Positions 19,352 through 28,551 of a DNA stretch of 64,000 nucleotides are shown piece by piece (position 1 is the first letter of the stretch; every line of letters begins with the position of its first letter). The position numbers were made by a program, and so were the translations under genes. A model generated the notes under the pieces. It saw only the letters and a program-made list of their open reading frames with translations. It did not search any database and was not told the origin of the DNA. The DNA is from an uncultured Solirubrobacteraceae bacterium (GTDB lineage: Bacteria > Actinomycetota > Thermoleophilia > Solirubrobacterales > Solirubrobacteraceae), in assembly GCA_964588985.1 (NCBI GenBank), contig CAZPQW010000001.1:192001-256000 (forward strand), in the 5' to 3' direction.

Positions 19352-19824
19352 AGCTCGACCAGTCGGCCGAAGGACTCCGTGCCGGGGTCCAGCACCGCGA
19401 TTCCGTCGTGCTCGACCCACGCGTGCGCGAGGAACTCCGGATCCGCCTGCGCTCCGATCACCAGCTTCGCCTCTATGCCGCGCCTGGCGAGCAGACGTGT
19501 CAGCACGAGCGAGCGGGCCAGGCAGCGGGTGTCTCCGGGGACGTGCGCGAGCAGACGCGTCACCGCATGACCGAGACGGTAGGCCTCCGCGAGCGAGTTC
19601 GTGGCCGAAGGCGCGGTCGACGGCGATCGCGAGCGCAGGGCGGCCACAACGTCGGCGATCGGGGCGCGGCGCAGCGTGCGTCGCGCCTGCACGTATGCCG
19701 CGAGTATCTCGATCGCGAGTCGCGCGCGGGCCGGGTGGCTCAGGCGCTTTGGGCGTGCGCTGCGGGCTGCTGCGATCGTCGGGACCGCAGCAGCGCAGCG
19801 AGGCTCAGGGCTTGGGACTGCCAT
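19348..19824 (-). CDS. Lasso peptide leader peptidase (B2, transglutaminase-like)
   Basis: TRCLARSL...LVIG...AHAWVE with Cys/His catalytic residues. Confidence 0.92.
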   Translation of the reverse strand: MAVPSPEPRCAAAVPTIAAARSARPKRLSHPARARLAIEILAAYVQARRTLRRAPIADVVAALRSRSPSTAPSATNSLAEAYRLGHAVTRLLAHVPGDTRCLARSLVLTRLLARRGIEAKLVIGAQADPEFLAHAWVEHDGIAVLDPGTESFGRLVEL

Positions 19825-19842
19825 CGGCGGCCCTGTGACGCG

Positions 19843-20688
19843 TCAGCCGAGTTTCTTGGGGTGCGATTTTTTGGCTTTCTTCGCGCACGTGTGGTAAGAG
19901 CGGGTGGCCGACAGATGGTGCCCGAGGACCGTCGTCGCCGCGATCTTGATCGTGAACTTGCCAAGCGGGAAGCCCTTGAGGTTGATCGTCGCGACGATGT
20001 AGTTGCCCTTGCGCGCCGTCCTGATTTTTTTGCCCTTGATCGATACGAGCACCTTCTTGAAGGGGTCGTATTTCGGGTCGAGCAGGTGGATGCGGAAGAG
20101 CCTCGCGCTCAGGCACTTCTTGCTGCTCGGCAGCGACAGAGTCTCTTTCAGGCCGGCGGTGCCGGAGTTCCCGGTGGGCAGGGGAGCGATCAGAGCGGAG
20201 CTCGTGCAGCCATAGCTGGCGCCGACGCCCGGGCTGCCGGACGGGATGCTCGGCGTTCCGGTACCGGGGCGGCTCAGGCATACGCGCAGGTAGCGCGACC
20301 CGCTGGCTTCTTCGACCACTCGCCACGCCGTGGGTCCGACGAACGTCGGGTCTTCAGTGCAGTCTTCTCCGGATGTCGTGCTTTTGAACCACTGGTGGGA
20401 GCCTAGGTAGGAGCCGTCCGGTTGGAGGGTGATTTCTTTCCAGATCTTCTGTCCGGCGGGGTGGGTGCAGGTCGCGAACTTTGTCGGCGAGACGACGACG
20501 CCTTCGAACTTCCCGTTGCCTTCCGGCTGGATGGCGATCTGGCCGCCGTTGAAGGACCAGATCCCTTCGATGTTCGTCGTCGCAGCTGTGGCTACGCCGG
20601 CGGTGAGCAGGAGGATGGTCGCGGCGATCGCCAGTAGCAGCGATGAGCGGCGCCTTGTGCGTGTGGGAGTGTTCTGAGTTCTAGGCAT
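19843..20688 (-). CDS. Secreted protein of unknown function with Lys-rich C-terminal domain
   Basis: Signal peptide (RRRSSLLLAIAATILLLTAGVATA); several Cys; C-terminus ...ATRSYHTCAKKAKK; ends 18 bp before the B2 gene. Confidence 0.75.
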   Translation of the reverse strand: MPRTQNTPTRTRRRSSLLLAIAATILLLTAGVATAATTNIEGIWSFNGGQIAIQPEGNGKFEGVVVSPTKFATCTHPAGQKIWKEITLQPDGSYLGSHQWFKSTTSGEDCTEDPTFVGPTAWRVVEEASGSRYLRVCLSRPGTGTPSIPSGSPGVGASYGCTSSALIAPLPTGNSGTAGLKETLSLPSSKKCLSARLFRIHLLDPKYDPFKKVLVSIKGKKIRTARKGNYIVATINLKGFPLGKFTIKIAATTVLGHHLSATRSYHTCAKKAKKSHPKKLG

Positions 20689-20774
20689 TGCTCTATCAAC
20701 GCGGGGCCGATTCGATTCTTCCACGCATCCGAGTGGGGGCTCGGGGCCGCTCGCTTGTATGCTCGGTTCGACGC

Positions 20775-21530
20775 ATGCGCAACTGCATCATCCTCGGCTC
20801 GGGCCGTAGCGGGACGAGCATGCTCGCGGGCATGTTGCACGGCGCCGGGTATTACATGGGCGACCAGCTGCTCGAGCCCACGCCCGCAAACCCGAAGGGC
20901 TATTTCGAGAGCCAGGAGGTCAACCTCCTCAACGACGAGCTCATCGCGTCCATTGTGCCCGTCAGGCCGCGAGTGCCGCTCGGATGCCTGTTCCCCTGGC
21001 GACTGCCGGCTGGCCTGCTGTGGTTGGCGAGCATCGACGCCGACGTGCAGATACGTCCGAGCCCCGAGCAGCTGAGTCGCATCCGCGGGCTCGTCGCCAA
21101 AGAGCCGTTCTGCTTCAAGGATCCCCGCTTCTGCTACACGTTGGACGCATGGCGTCTCGCGTCGGAGGACGTCGTCTTCCTGTGTGTGTTTCGAGAGCCG
21201 GGCCGCACGGCGACGAGCATGAGGCAGGACGTTCGCGACAGGCCCTACCGCGGTTTCTACCTGACCAGAGCCCGTGCGCTACGGGTGTGGACGTCAATGT
21301 ACGAGCACGTGCTCCAATCATCAGGACAAGACGGAAGATGGCTGTTTGTCCACTATGATCAGATCCTCGACGGCAGCGCGATGGCTCGCATCGAAAGCGC
21401 TGTTGAGGCCGGGGTCAGCAGCAGCTCGATCGATCCCAGCCTGAAGCGCTCTCGCGACGACTCAAGCCATCTGCCACAACGTACGATCCAGGTGTATCAG
21501 CGACTGTGCGAGCTTGCCGGAGCGAACTGA
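20775..21530 (+). CDS. Sulfotransferase family protein
   Basis: MRNCIILGSGRSGTSMLAG, NPKGYFES, FKDPRF. Confidence 0.85.
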   Translation: MRNCIILGSGRSGTSMLAGMLHGAGYYMGDQLLEPTPANPKGYFESQEVNLLNDELIASIVPVRPRVPLGCLFPWRLPAGLLWLASIDADVQIRPSPEQLSRIRGLVAKEPFCFKDPRFCYTLDAWRLASEDVVFLCVFREPGRTATSMRQDVRDRPYRGFYLTRARALRVWTSMYEHVLQSSGQDGRWLFVHYDQILDGSAMARIESAVEAGVSSSSIDPSLKRSRDDSSHLPQRTIQVYQRLCELAGAN

Positions 21531-21557
21531 CCCCACATACTGGCGCTTTCGAGGACC

Positions 21558-22511
21558 GTGACCACACAGCAGCAGACAGCAACGACGCTACCGATCTGCG
21601 TCATCATCCCGGTCTACAACCGCGCGCATCTCCTGGAGCGCGCCATCGGGAGCGTCTGGGCACAGAGACCGATGCTTCCGGCGGAGGTCCTCGTGGTGGA
21701 CGACGGATCCGACGACGACACGCCTGAGGTGGCAAAACGGTTCGGGGCCCGGATCGTCAGCCATCCCGAGAACCTGGGTCTGGCGGCCGCACGCAACACC
21801 GGGCTGCGTTCGACGTCGCAGCCGTGGGTGGCGCTCCTGGATTCCGACGACGAGTGGCTGCCCGGCCATCTCGCCCACCTCTGGCGCATACGAGACGACC
21901 ACGCGCTCGTCGCCGGCGCGGCTCTGCGCTGTGGTGTCAACCCCAACGACGACCGGTACCACGGTCCGAGCGGCAAGAAGCCGAAGATCCTCCACTCCGG
22001 CGATCAGCTCGTCGTCCCCGAGAACATCATTCCCGTGAGCGCTTCGATGATCAAGCGCGAGGTCGCCATTGAGGCCGGTGGCTTTCAGGCTCGGCACGGC
22101 GTCACCGAGGATCTGGACCTCTGGCTGCGCGTGCTCGCCAACCACACGGCCATCTGCTCCCCGGAGGTCAGCATCATCTACCACATGCACGGCGAGCAGA
22201 TGTCGTCCGCGCTGTCGCAGATGCTGCTCGGCCACTATGCGGCGGGCGAGGCTCACAGGGTGCGGACCGACGGGTCGCGGATACCGATTCGGCGATGGGA
22301 GGGCGCCTCGGCGTTCTACAACCTGCGCGACGCCCAGCTGTCCGGCGAACTGGGGCGGATGATGCGATGGGGGCTCTACATCCTCGCTAGGCCCTACCGC
22401 CTGAGGGGCTCGCTCGAACTGGTGGCGCAGCGCTACAACGGGATCCGGCGCGCCTCTGCCCTGCGGGCGGCTGGCGTCGGGCCGAATCGCCGTGGGAGCG
22501 AGAGGGCGTGA
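21558..22511 (+). CDS. Glycosyltransferase family 2
   Basis: IIPVYNR, VVDDGSDD, GLAAARN, LDSDD, EDLDLW. Confidence 0.92.
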   Translation: MTTQQQTATTLPICVIIPVYNRAHLLERAIGSVWAQRPMLPAEVLVVDDGSDDDTPEVAKRFGARIVSHPENLGLAAARNTGLRSTSQPWVALLDSDDEWLPGHLAHLWRIRDDHALVAGAALRCGVNPNDDRYHGPSGKKPKILHSGDQLVVPENIIPVSASMIKREVAIEAGGFQARHGVTEDLDLWLRVLANHTAICSPEVSIIYHMHGEQMSSALSQMLLGHYAAGEAHRVRTDGSRIPIRRWEGASAFYNLRDAQLSGELGRMMRWGLYILARPYRLRGSLELVAQRYNGIRRASALRAAGVGPNRRGSERA

Positions 22512-22578
22512 GGCCTGCCGGGGGCGCCCCGGTGCGCACCGCCGCGTCGATGCGATCCCGGGCGACGTAGGCCCGCGA

Positions 22579-23571
22579 TCAGCTCTCGAGCGACTGCTGC
22601 AGCTTCTCCAGCACCCGCACCACCCGTAGGCCGCTGTGTCCGTCCGAGCGAGGCGTGGTCCCCGTGCGGATGCACTCGAGGAAGTGCTCGCACTCGATTC
22701 GCAGCGGCTCGACGTTGGGGATGCGCGGCGAGAAGGTGTCGCCTGAGCGGGCTATGTACTCCCCCCACGAGCGCGTGTCCTCGTCGAAGCCCTTGTCGTA
22801 GATCGTGAGCTTGCCCTCGATCAGCATGTCGTCGAACGTCGCCATCCGGCGCGCGCCCACCACGGTGATTCGCCGCTCCTTGTGCGGATCCAGCCACGAG
22901 AGGTGCAGGTGCGCGACGATCCCCGAGGGGAAGCGCAGGTAGCAGAACACCACGTCCTGGATGCCTTCTCGTACGTAGGAGGCGCCGTGCGCGGTGCACT
23001 CCTCCGGCTCTTCGCCGATCAGATGCAGGGCGACTGAAACGTCGTGCGCGCCGAGGCTCCACAGCGCGTTCTCGTCGGCGCGCAGCTTGCCCAGGTTCAG
23101 GCGGTTGCCGTATATGTAGTAGAGGTCGCCGAGCTCTTCGCCGTCGATCAGCTCCTTCAGGCGCGCCACCGCCGGGTGGTACTCGAGCAGGTGGCCGACC
23201 ATCAGGATCCGCTCCGCGTCCGCCGCGGCCGCCACCGCACGTTCGGCGTCCGCCGCGTTCGTGGCCAGTGGCTTCTCCACGAAGCAGTGCTTGCCGGCGC
23301 GCGCCACAGCGATTGCCAGCTCGGCGTGCGTGGGCACGGGCGTGGCCAGGATCACCGCGTCGAGCTCGCCGTCCTCGAGCAGGTCCTCGAGCCTGCCGGT
23401 CGGGCGCGCGTTCGGGAAGGAGCGCGCGAGCTTCTCGCGCGCCTGCTCGGAGGCGTCGCACAGCCATGTCAGCTCGCAGCCGGGAATCGAGCCGAAGTTG
23501 CGCGCGAGGTTCGGGCCCCAGTAGCCGAGGCCGACCACGCCGACGCGGATCGGGGTCGAGGCGTCGCTCAT
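22579..23571 (-). CDS. Gfo/Idh/MocA family oxidoreductase (probably nucleotide-sugar related)
   Basis: GLGYWGPNLARN, ATP..TH, VEKPLA. Confidence 0.9.
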   Translation of the reverse strand: MSDASTPIRVGVVGLGYWGPNLARNFGSIPGCELTWLCDASEQAREKLARSFPNARPTGRLEDLLEDGELDAVILATPVPTHAELAIAVARAGKHCFVEKPLATNAADAERAVAAAADAERILMVGHLLEYHPAVARLKELIDGEELGDLYYIYGNRLNLGKLRADENALWSLGAHDVSVALHLIGEEPEECTAHGASYVREGIQDVVFCYLRFPSGIVAHLHLSWLDPHKERRITVVGARRMATFDDMLIEGKLTIYDKGFDEDTRSWGEYIARSGDTFSPRIPNVEPLRIECEHFLECIRTGTTPRSDGHSGLRVVRVLEKLQQSLES

Positions 23572-23661
23572 GGAGATACTACAGCTGGCATGGAGGGGTG
23601 GCGCATCGCCTCATAGTCTCCCGTCTGCGGCGGCGGGATGACAGCCAGTCGTGCCGGACGA

Positions 23662-23694
23662 ACGAGGGGAAGGACAGGGGGCCCTTCCCCTCGT
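23662..23694 (-). terminator. Hairpin downstream of the Ig-like gene
   Basis: ACGAGGGGAAGG-N9-CCTTCCCCTCGT, a 12-bp perfect stem. Confidence 0.55.
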
Positions 23695-23737
23695 AGGTCT
23701 CATCGGGCCGTCTCAGACGGCCATGAGCCGGCGAGCG

Positions 23738-25297
23738 CTACCCGTCGGTCTCCTTCTGGGTGGGCGTCGTGAACGGACCGCCGACCGTCCACTCCAGCGC
23801 GCCTTTCTTGTTGTAGACGTGCAGCTTGATCGTGTCCGGCCCGGTCGACCCGGCGTCCTCGATCTCGACCCGGAACGTGTAGCCCGGTTTGGCATGGCCA
23901 CCGGTGACGAACGTCCCGATTCCCTTACCGCTGATCGCGTTGAACTGATTCCCATTTGACGGAATGGTCGAGTTCTTGAAGCACCTCGTCGACGTCAGCG
24001 ACGTCAGCCTGAGGAGCCTGCCGTTGCCTCTGACCACGAGGTGCTCCGGCAGTTCAAGGTTGGAATTCAGTAGGTCCTCCGCGTACAGCGTGTGATGCGT
24101 CTTCGTGTCGGTGAACGGGTCGGCCTTGCTGCCGCCTGTCATGGAGCAGCCTTCCGTCGAGGCCACCCAGTGCTTCACGGCCGTCGCCGACTGCAGAGAG
24201 CCGGCGGCGTCGACGAAGCTCGCCTTGATCGTGTCTTCGCCGGCGCCGTTGTCGTCGTGGTAGGTGAACGCGACGTTACCGGAGGAATCCGTCACGCAGC
24301 CGAGCGGCGCACACGTGCCGCTCACGCCCGCGTTCTGCCCGGTCACCGTGAACGTGACCGCCTGACCGGCGAGCGGGGAGCCGCCGCTGGTGAGATGGGC
24401 CGTCACGGTGTGACTGGTCCCGGCCGGGTTCGTGGCTTCGAGCGGCGTCAATTCGATCTGTTCCGATTTCACCACGATCTTAGATCCCGCGATGAGGATG
24501 TAAGCCTCGCCGCATGCTTCCAGCCCTGTGTTGGGATCGACACCGCAGGTCGGATGGCTGGTGGTGTCGGTCGCGACTGAAAGCGCGCTGAATTCAGTTG
24601 GGAACGTCGGGAAGGACTCGTGTACCGAGCATTCCCAGCCCTCGAGGCTTTCGGTTGTCAGTTCCGAAAACGCCGGATTCGACGCGATCAGCGAGACGTT
24701 GCCACCGCACGGCGGTTCCGAGTCGATCGTCCACGAGCCGGGACCGCCATTCAGCGCGGTCGCGATTTCGAGAACCTGGGGAGCCTGGCTTATCTCTCCC
24801 GCGCACGAGGCGTCGTAGTACATGCCCGTGCTCCCGGACTGGGCGCTCGCGAAGCCGATGCCCTCACGGATGATCGTGCCTCTTGCGCCCGGTGCTTCGA
24901 AGCTGCCGCCGTCGTGGAATACCGGATCGGTACCCACGATGACCCTGTTGCCCGCAGACGTTCTGCCGCCGGCGAGTCCCAGCACCACGGGGCCATAGGT
25001 CGAAGCGCTTGCGATGAGGCCGGGCGGTAGCGTGCTGCAAGTCGGGTCGCCGGCGATCAGGACTTGATATTCCCCGAATTCGGCCTGTGTCATGGAGCCC
25101 CAGGTCGCGTCGCTGACCACGTTCACTTCAAATCCCTGTTTCGCGGCGATCATCGCCTCTTGGCTTTCTGCGCCGCCGGTCACCGTCGCTTCGTCGATCA
25201 AGGCTTTCGGTGGCGTCGCCGAAGCCGACGACGCCATAAACGAGCTCATCGCGAACAGCGCCACGATGCAAGCTCCGATCAGCCTGCTGCGTCTCAT
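23738..25297 (-). CDS. Secreted Cys-rich protein with bacterial Ig-like (Big_1-type) domain
   Basis: SD GAAAGGGA; signal peptide; HTVTA...GQAVTFTVTGQNAG...TDSSGNVAFTY...GEDTIKASF. Confidence 0.75.
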   Translation of the reverse strand: MRRSRLIGACIVALFAMSSFMASSASATPPKALIDEATVTGGAESQEAMIAAKQGFEVNVVSDATWGSMTQAEFGEYQVLIAGDPTCSTLPPGLIASASTYGPVVLGLAGGRTSAGNRVIVGTDPVFHDGGSFEAPGARGTIIREGIGFASAQSGSTGMYYDASCAGEISQAPQVLEIATALNGGPGSWTIDSEPPCGGNVSLIASNPAFSELTTESLEGWECSVHESFPTFPTEFSALSVATDTTSHPTCGVDPNTGLEACGEAYILIAGSKIVVKSEQIELTPLEATNPAGTSHTVTAHLTSGGSPLAGQAVTFTVTGQNAGVSGTCAPLGCVTDSSGNVAFTYHDDNGAGEDTIKASFVDAAGSLQSATAVKHWVASTEGCSMTGGSKADPFTDTKTHHTLYAEDLLNSNLELPEHLVVRGNGRLLRLTSLTSTRCFKNSTIPSNGNQFNAISGKGIGTFVTGGHAKPGYTFRVEIEDAGSTGPDTIKLHVYNKKGALEWTVGGPFTTPTQKETDG

Positions 25298-25400
25298 ATC
25301 CATCCCTTTCCAGTACGTTGCCCCCCGCGCGGGCCGCGCGAGCAGGCGCAAGAGTACAGGATGTTGGAACTTTTTGGTTACGCTGATGTGACTGGAGCAG

Positions 25401-26465
25401 CTACAGCGCTGCGATCGCCTCAACACACCGCTCCGCGGCGTGGCCGTCGCCGTACAGCACCGGACGCTCGGCCGGAGCGCCGCGCTCGAGCGCCGCGAGC
25501 GCCGCGTCCGTGTCGAGGTCCACGAGGATGTTCCAGCCGGACTGGACCGTCTCGACCCACTCGGTGTTTGCTCTGAGGGTCACGCAGGGCACCCCGGCAA
25601 GGTACGCCTCCTTCTGGACGCCGCCCGAGTCGGTGAGCACCGCGCGGGCCTGGCACACGAGCGCGCTGAACTCCGCGTAGCCCAGGGGCCCGGCCAGGCG
25701 CACTCCGTCGCTCTGCTCGAGCCGTGCCAGCAGCTTGGCGTCCCGCAGGCGCGCGCGGGTGCGTGGGTGCAGCGGGAAGAGGACCGGGCCTGGAAGGGCT
25801 TGGATGAGCTCCACCAGTCCGTTCAGGCGCTCGGGATCGTCGACGTTGCCCGCGCGGTGGGCCGTCAACAGCAGGTAGTCGCCGGGGCTGAGGCCGTACG
25901 CGGCGGGCACGCCCGCGTCGGCGCGTGCGGCTGGCTGCCAGCGCATCGCCACGTCGACCATCACGTCGCCCACCACCTCGACCGTGCCTGCCACCGACTC
26001 CGCGCGAAGATTGTCAGCGGCGGTCTGCGACGAGCACAGCAGCAGCTCGGCGAGGTGATCGCTGAGCACGCGGTTGAGCTCCTCCGGCATCGAGCGGTCG
26101 AACGAGCGCATCCCCGCCTCCACATGCACGACCGGAACGCCGACCTGCGCGGCCGCAAGCCCCCCCGCGAGCGTCGAGTTGGTGTCGCCGTAGACCAGCA
26201 CCGCATCCGGCGCGATCTCCGCCAGCAGCGGCTCCAGCGCGGCGAGCATCCGCGCGGTCTGTGCGGTGTTGCTGCCGCCGCCGATACCCAGCTCGCGGTC
26301 CGGGCGCGCGAGCCCCAGCTCGGTGAAGAACACCTGCGAGAGCGAGTCGTCGTAGTGCTGGCCGGTGTGCACGAGGATCTCCTCGTGGCGCTCGCGCAGC
26401 GGTCCGGACACCGCGGCCGCCTTGATGAACTGCGGCCGGTTGCCTACGACGGTGAGGATCTTCAC
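25401..26465 (-). CDS. wecB: Non-hydrolysing UDP-N-acetylglucosamine 2-epimerase (WecB/WbpI-like)
   Basis: GNRPQFIKAA, HTGQHYD, GDTNSTL, HVEAGMRS, MPEELNR, TDSGGVQKEA. Confidence 0.92.
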   Translation of the reverse strand: MKILTVVGNRPQFIKAAAVSGPLRERHEEILVHTGQHYDDSLSQVFFTELGLARPDRELGIGGGSNTAQTARMLAALEPLLAEIAPDAVLVYGDTNSTLAGGLAAAQVGVPVVHVEAGMRSFDRSMPEELNRVLSDHLAELLLCSSQTAADNLRAESVAGTVEVVGDVMVDVAMRWQPAARADAGVPAAYGLSPGDYLLLTAHRAGNVDDPERLNGLVELIQALPGPVLFPLHPRTRARLRDAKLLARLEQSDGVRLAGPLGYAEFSALVCQARAVLTDSGGVQKEAYLAGVPCVTLRANTEWVETVQSGWNILVDLDTDAALAALERGAPAERPVLYGDGHAAERCVEAIAAL

Positions 26466-26524
26466 GCGCTCAGCCTATTTGGCCGCGCACACAGGGGCCC
26501 CGTCCAGGTGGCCCGAGGCGTCCC

Positions 26525-27427
26525 TCAGGCCGCCGCGCCCACGACCGACGTGGACCAGTCGATCACCGCCGTCGGTCGCACCACGTGGCGGTTGAGGCCG
26601 ATTTCCTTGGGGTCGAGGCCGAGCGCCAGGCCCACGAGCTGGGGCAGGTGCAGCACCGGCATGTTCAGCTCACGGCCGACGACACCAGCCGCGGTCGGCT
26701 GCTGCAGGTCGAGGTTCAGGTGGCACAGGGGGCAGGGGGTCACGAGGCAGTCGGCTTCCGCGTCGACCGCGTCGCCGAGGTGGCGGCCGGCCTGCTTGAG
26801 CGAGGCTTCCTTGTTCATGGTGATGATCGGGAAGCCGCAGCACTTGCGCATGCCCGCGTACTCGATCACCGTGCCGCCGAGTGCCTCGATCACCTGCTCG
26901 AGGTAGTGGTCGCGCGGGTTCTCGTCGTCGATGCCGAGGCGGTTGCGCGGGCGGACGATGTAGCAGCCGTAGAAGGGGCCGACCTTGAGGTTGCTCAGCG
27001 GCCGCTTGACCCGCGCGGTGAGGTTCTCCAGGCCGAACTCCTCGACCAGCAGCCATAGGAAGTTCTTGTTCGTGAGGCCCGTCTCGTACGTGAGTCCCTC
27101 CGCGGCGAGCGTCGTGTTGACGTGGTCGCGGTACTCCTTGTTCGCGTCCAGGCGCTCCTGGCACTCGCTCTGCGCGCCCTGGCAGGTGGAGCAGATGTTC
27201 ATCATCATCGCCGCGCCGTCGACCTGCTGGGCGAGCGCGAACGTGCGCGCGTTGAGCGTGTCCGCCAGCTCCTGGTTGTGCTCCGCGATCACGCCCGCAC
27301 CGGTGCAGCACGCGCGGTCCAGTTCGACCAGCTCGATGTCCAGCAGCGGCGCGACCTTCGCCATCGAGCCGTGCAGCTCGGGAGTGAAGCCGCGGCTCAC
27401 GCAGCCGGGCCAGTAGGCGACCTTCAT
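26525..27427 (-). CDS. CCG-domain protein (HdrB/SdhE-like succinate dehydrogenase subunit)
   Basis: MKVAYWPGC, CCTGAG, CSTC, FYGC, CCG, CPLCHLNLD; start overlaps the sdhB stop. Confidence 0.88.
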   Translation of the reverse strand: MKVAYWPGCVSRGFTPELHGSMAKVAPLLDIELVELDRACCTGAGVIAEHNQELADTLNARTFALAQQVDGAAMMMNICSTCQGAQSECQERLDANKEYRDHVNTTLAAEGLTYETGLTNKNFLWLLVEEFGLENLTARVKRPLSNLKVGPFYGCYIVRPRNRLGIDDENPRDHYLEQVIEALGGTVIEYAGMRKCCGFPIITMNKEASLKQAGRHLGDAVDAEADCLVTPCPLCHLNLDLQQPTAAGVVGRELNMPVLHLPQLVGLALGLDPKEIGLNRHVVRPTAVIDWSTSVVGAAA

Positions 27428-28551
27428 CAGTTGGCGCTCCCTTCGGGGCTCGCGGCGACGGGCTCCGGGGCCTCGTCCTCGCCGACGATGTACAGGTTCA
27501 GCTCGTAGCGCTCCTCGCGGCTCTCGACCTTGTCGTAGATCGCCTTCACCGCCTTGAGGTCGCTGCTGGGGATCTTGTGCGGTTTGAGGATTCCGCCCAA
27601 CGTCATCTTGCGCCGCAGCAGCCCATAGAAGGCGACCGGCAGCGAAGCCAGCAGCTCCTTGCCGGCGGCCGGCGCGAACTTCCCGAACCACGAGGCGCCG
27701 CCGTAGGAGCGCGGCACCAGCTCCGCCTCCCACAGGATGCCGTTGTCGCGGATCAGCCCCGTGAACGCCGCCTCGTGGCGCTCGCCGTTGTTCTGATCGA
27801 CGATGTGGTGGTCGGAGATCGCGATCCGTCGCAGGCGCATGATCTGGCCCATCGGGTTGACGTCCTTGGGGCACGCCTCGACGCACTTGAAGCAGTGTGT
27901 GCAGTCGAAGATGCCCTGGGGGTCCTGGGCGAGGTCGTTGAGGCGCTCGAACTGCTCGTCGTCGCGCGGGTCGCCCACGAAGCGGTAGGCCTTCGCGAGG
28001 GCGGCGGGGCCGATGAAGCCGGGGTCGACCTCCATCGCGAGGCAGTCTGAGACGCACGCGCCGCACTGGATGCAGCCCATCGCCTGGGTCACGTCGACCA
28101 TCGACTCTTTCGAGACGATGTACTCGCGCTCGGGCACGGGCTGCTTGGCGAGCAGCCACGGCGTGACGCGCTGGATCTTCTTCCAGTGAACAGCGTCCAT
28201 GTCGACGACGAGGTCCTTCAGCACGGGCATGTTGCCCATCGGCTCGATCTCGATCACGCCGTCCTTCGCGCTGCGCTTGGCGGCGTCGAGGTGCGTGTGG
28301 CACGCGAGCGCCGGTTCGCCGTTGACGCGGATACCGCACGATCCGCAGATCGCCTGGCGGCAGGAGCAACGCACGCCGATCGATCCATCAAAACGGTCTT
28401 TCGCCTGCAGGATCGCCTCCAGCACCGAGCGGTGCGGAGCCAGTTCGACGGTGTGCTCGTCCCAGTAGGGAGCCTCGCCGGACTCGGGGTCGTAGCGGCG
28501 CAGTCGGAGGGTGAACTGCTCGGGTGGTTTGTCGTGCGCTTCGGCGGGCAT
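27427..28551 (-). CDS. sdhB: Succinate dehydrogenase/fumarate reductase Fe-S subunit
   Basis: SCRQAICGSC, CIQCGACVSDC, CTHCFKCVEACP, KDLVVD. Confidence 0.92.
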   Translation of the reverse strand: MPAEAHDKPPEQFTLRLRRYDPESGEAPYWDEHTVELAPHRSVLEAILQAKDRFDGSIGVRCSCRQAICGSCGIRVNGEPALACHTHLDAAKRSAKDGVIEIEPMGNMPVLKDLVVDMDAVHWKKIQRVTPWLLAKQPVPEREYIVSKESMVDVTQAMGCIQCGACVSDCLAMEVDPGFIGPAALAKAYRFVGDPRDDEQFERLNDLAQDPQGIFDCTHCFKCVEACPKDVNPMGQIMRLRRIAISDHHIVDQNNGERHEAAFTGLIRDNGILWEAELVPRSYGGASWFGKFAPAAGKELLASLPVAFYGLLRRKMTLGGILKPHKIPSSDLKAVKAIYDKVESREERYELNLYIVGEDEAPEPVAASPEGSAN

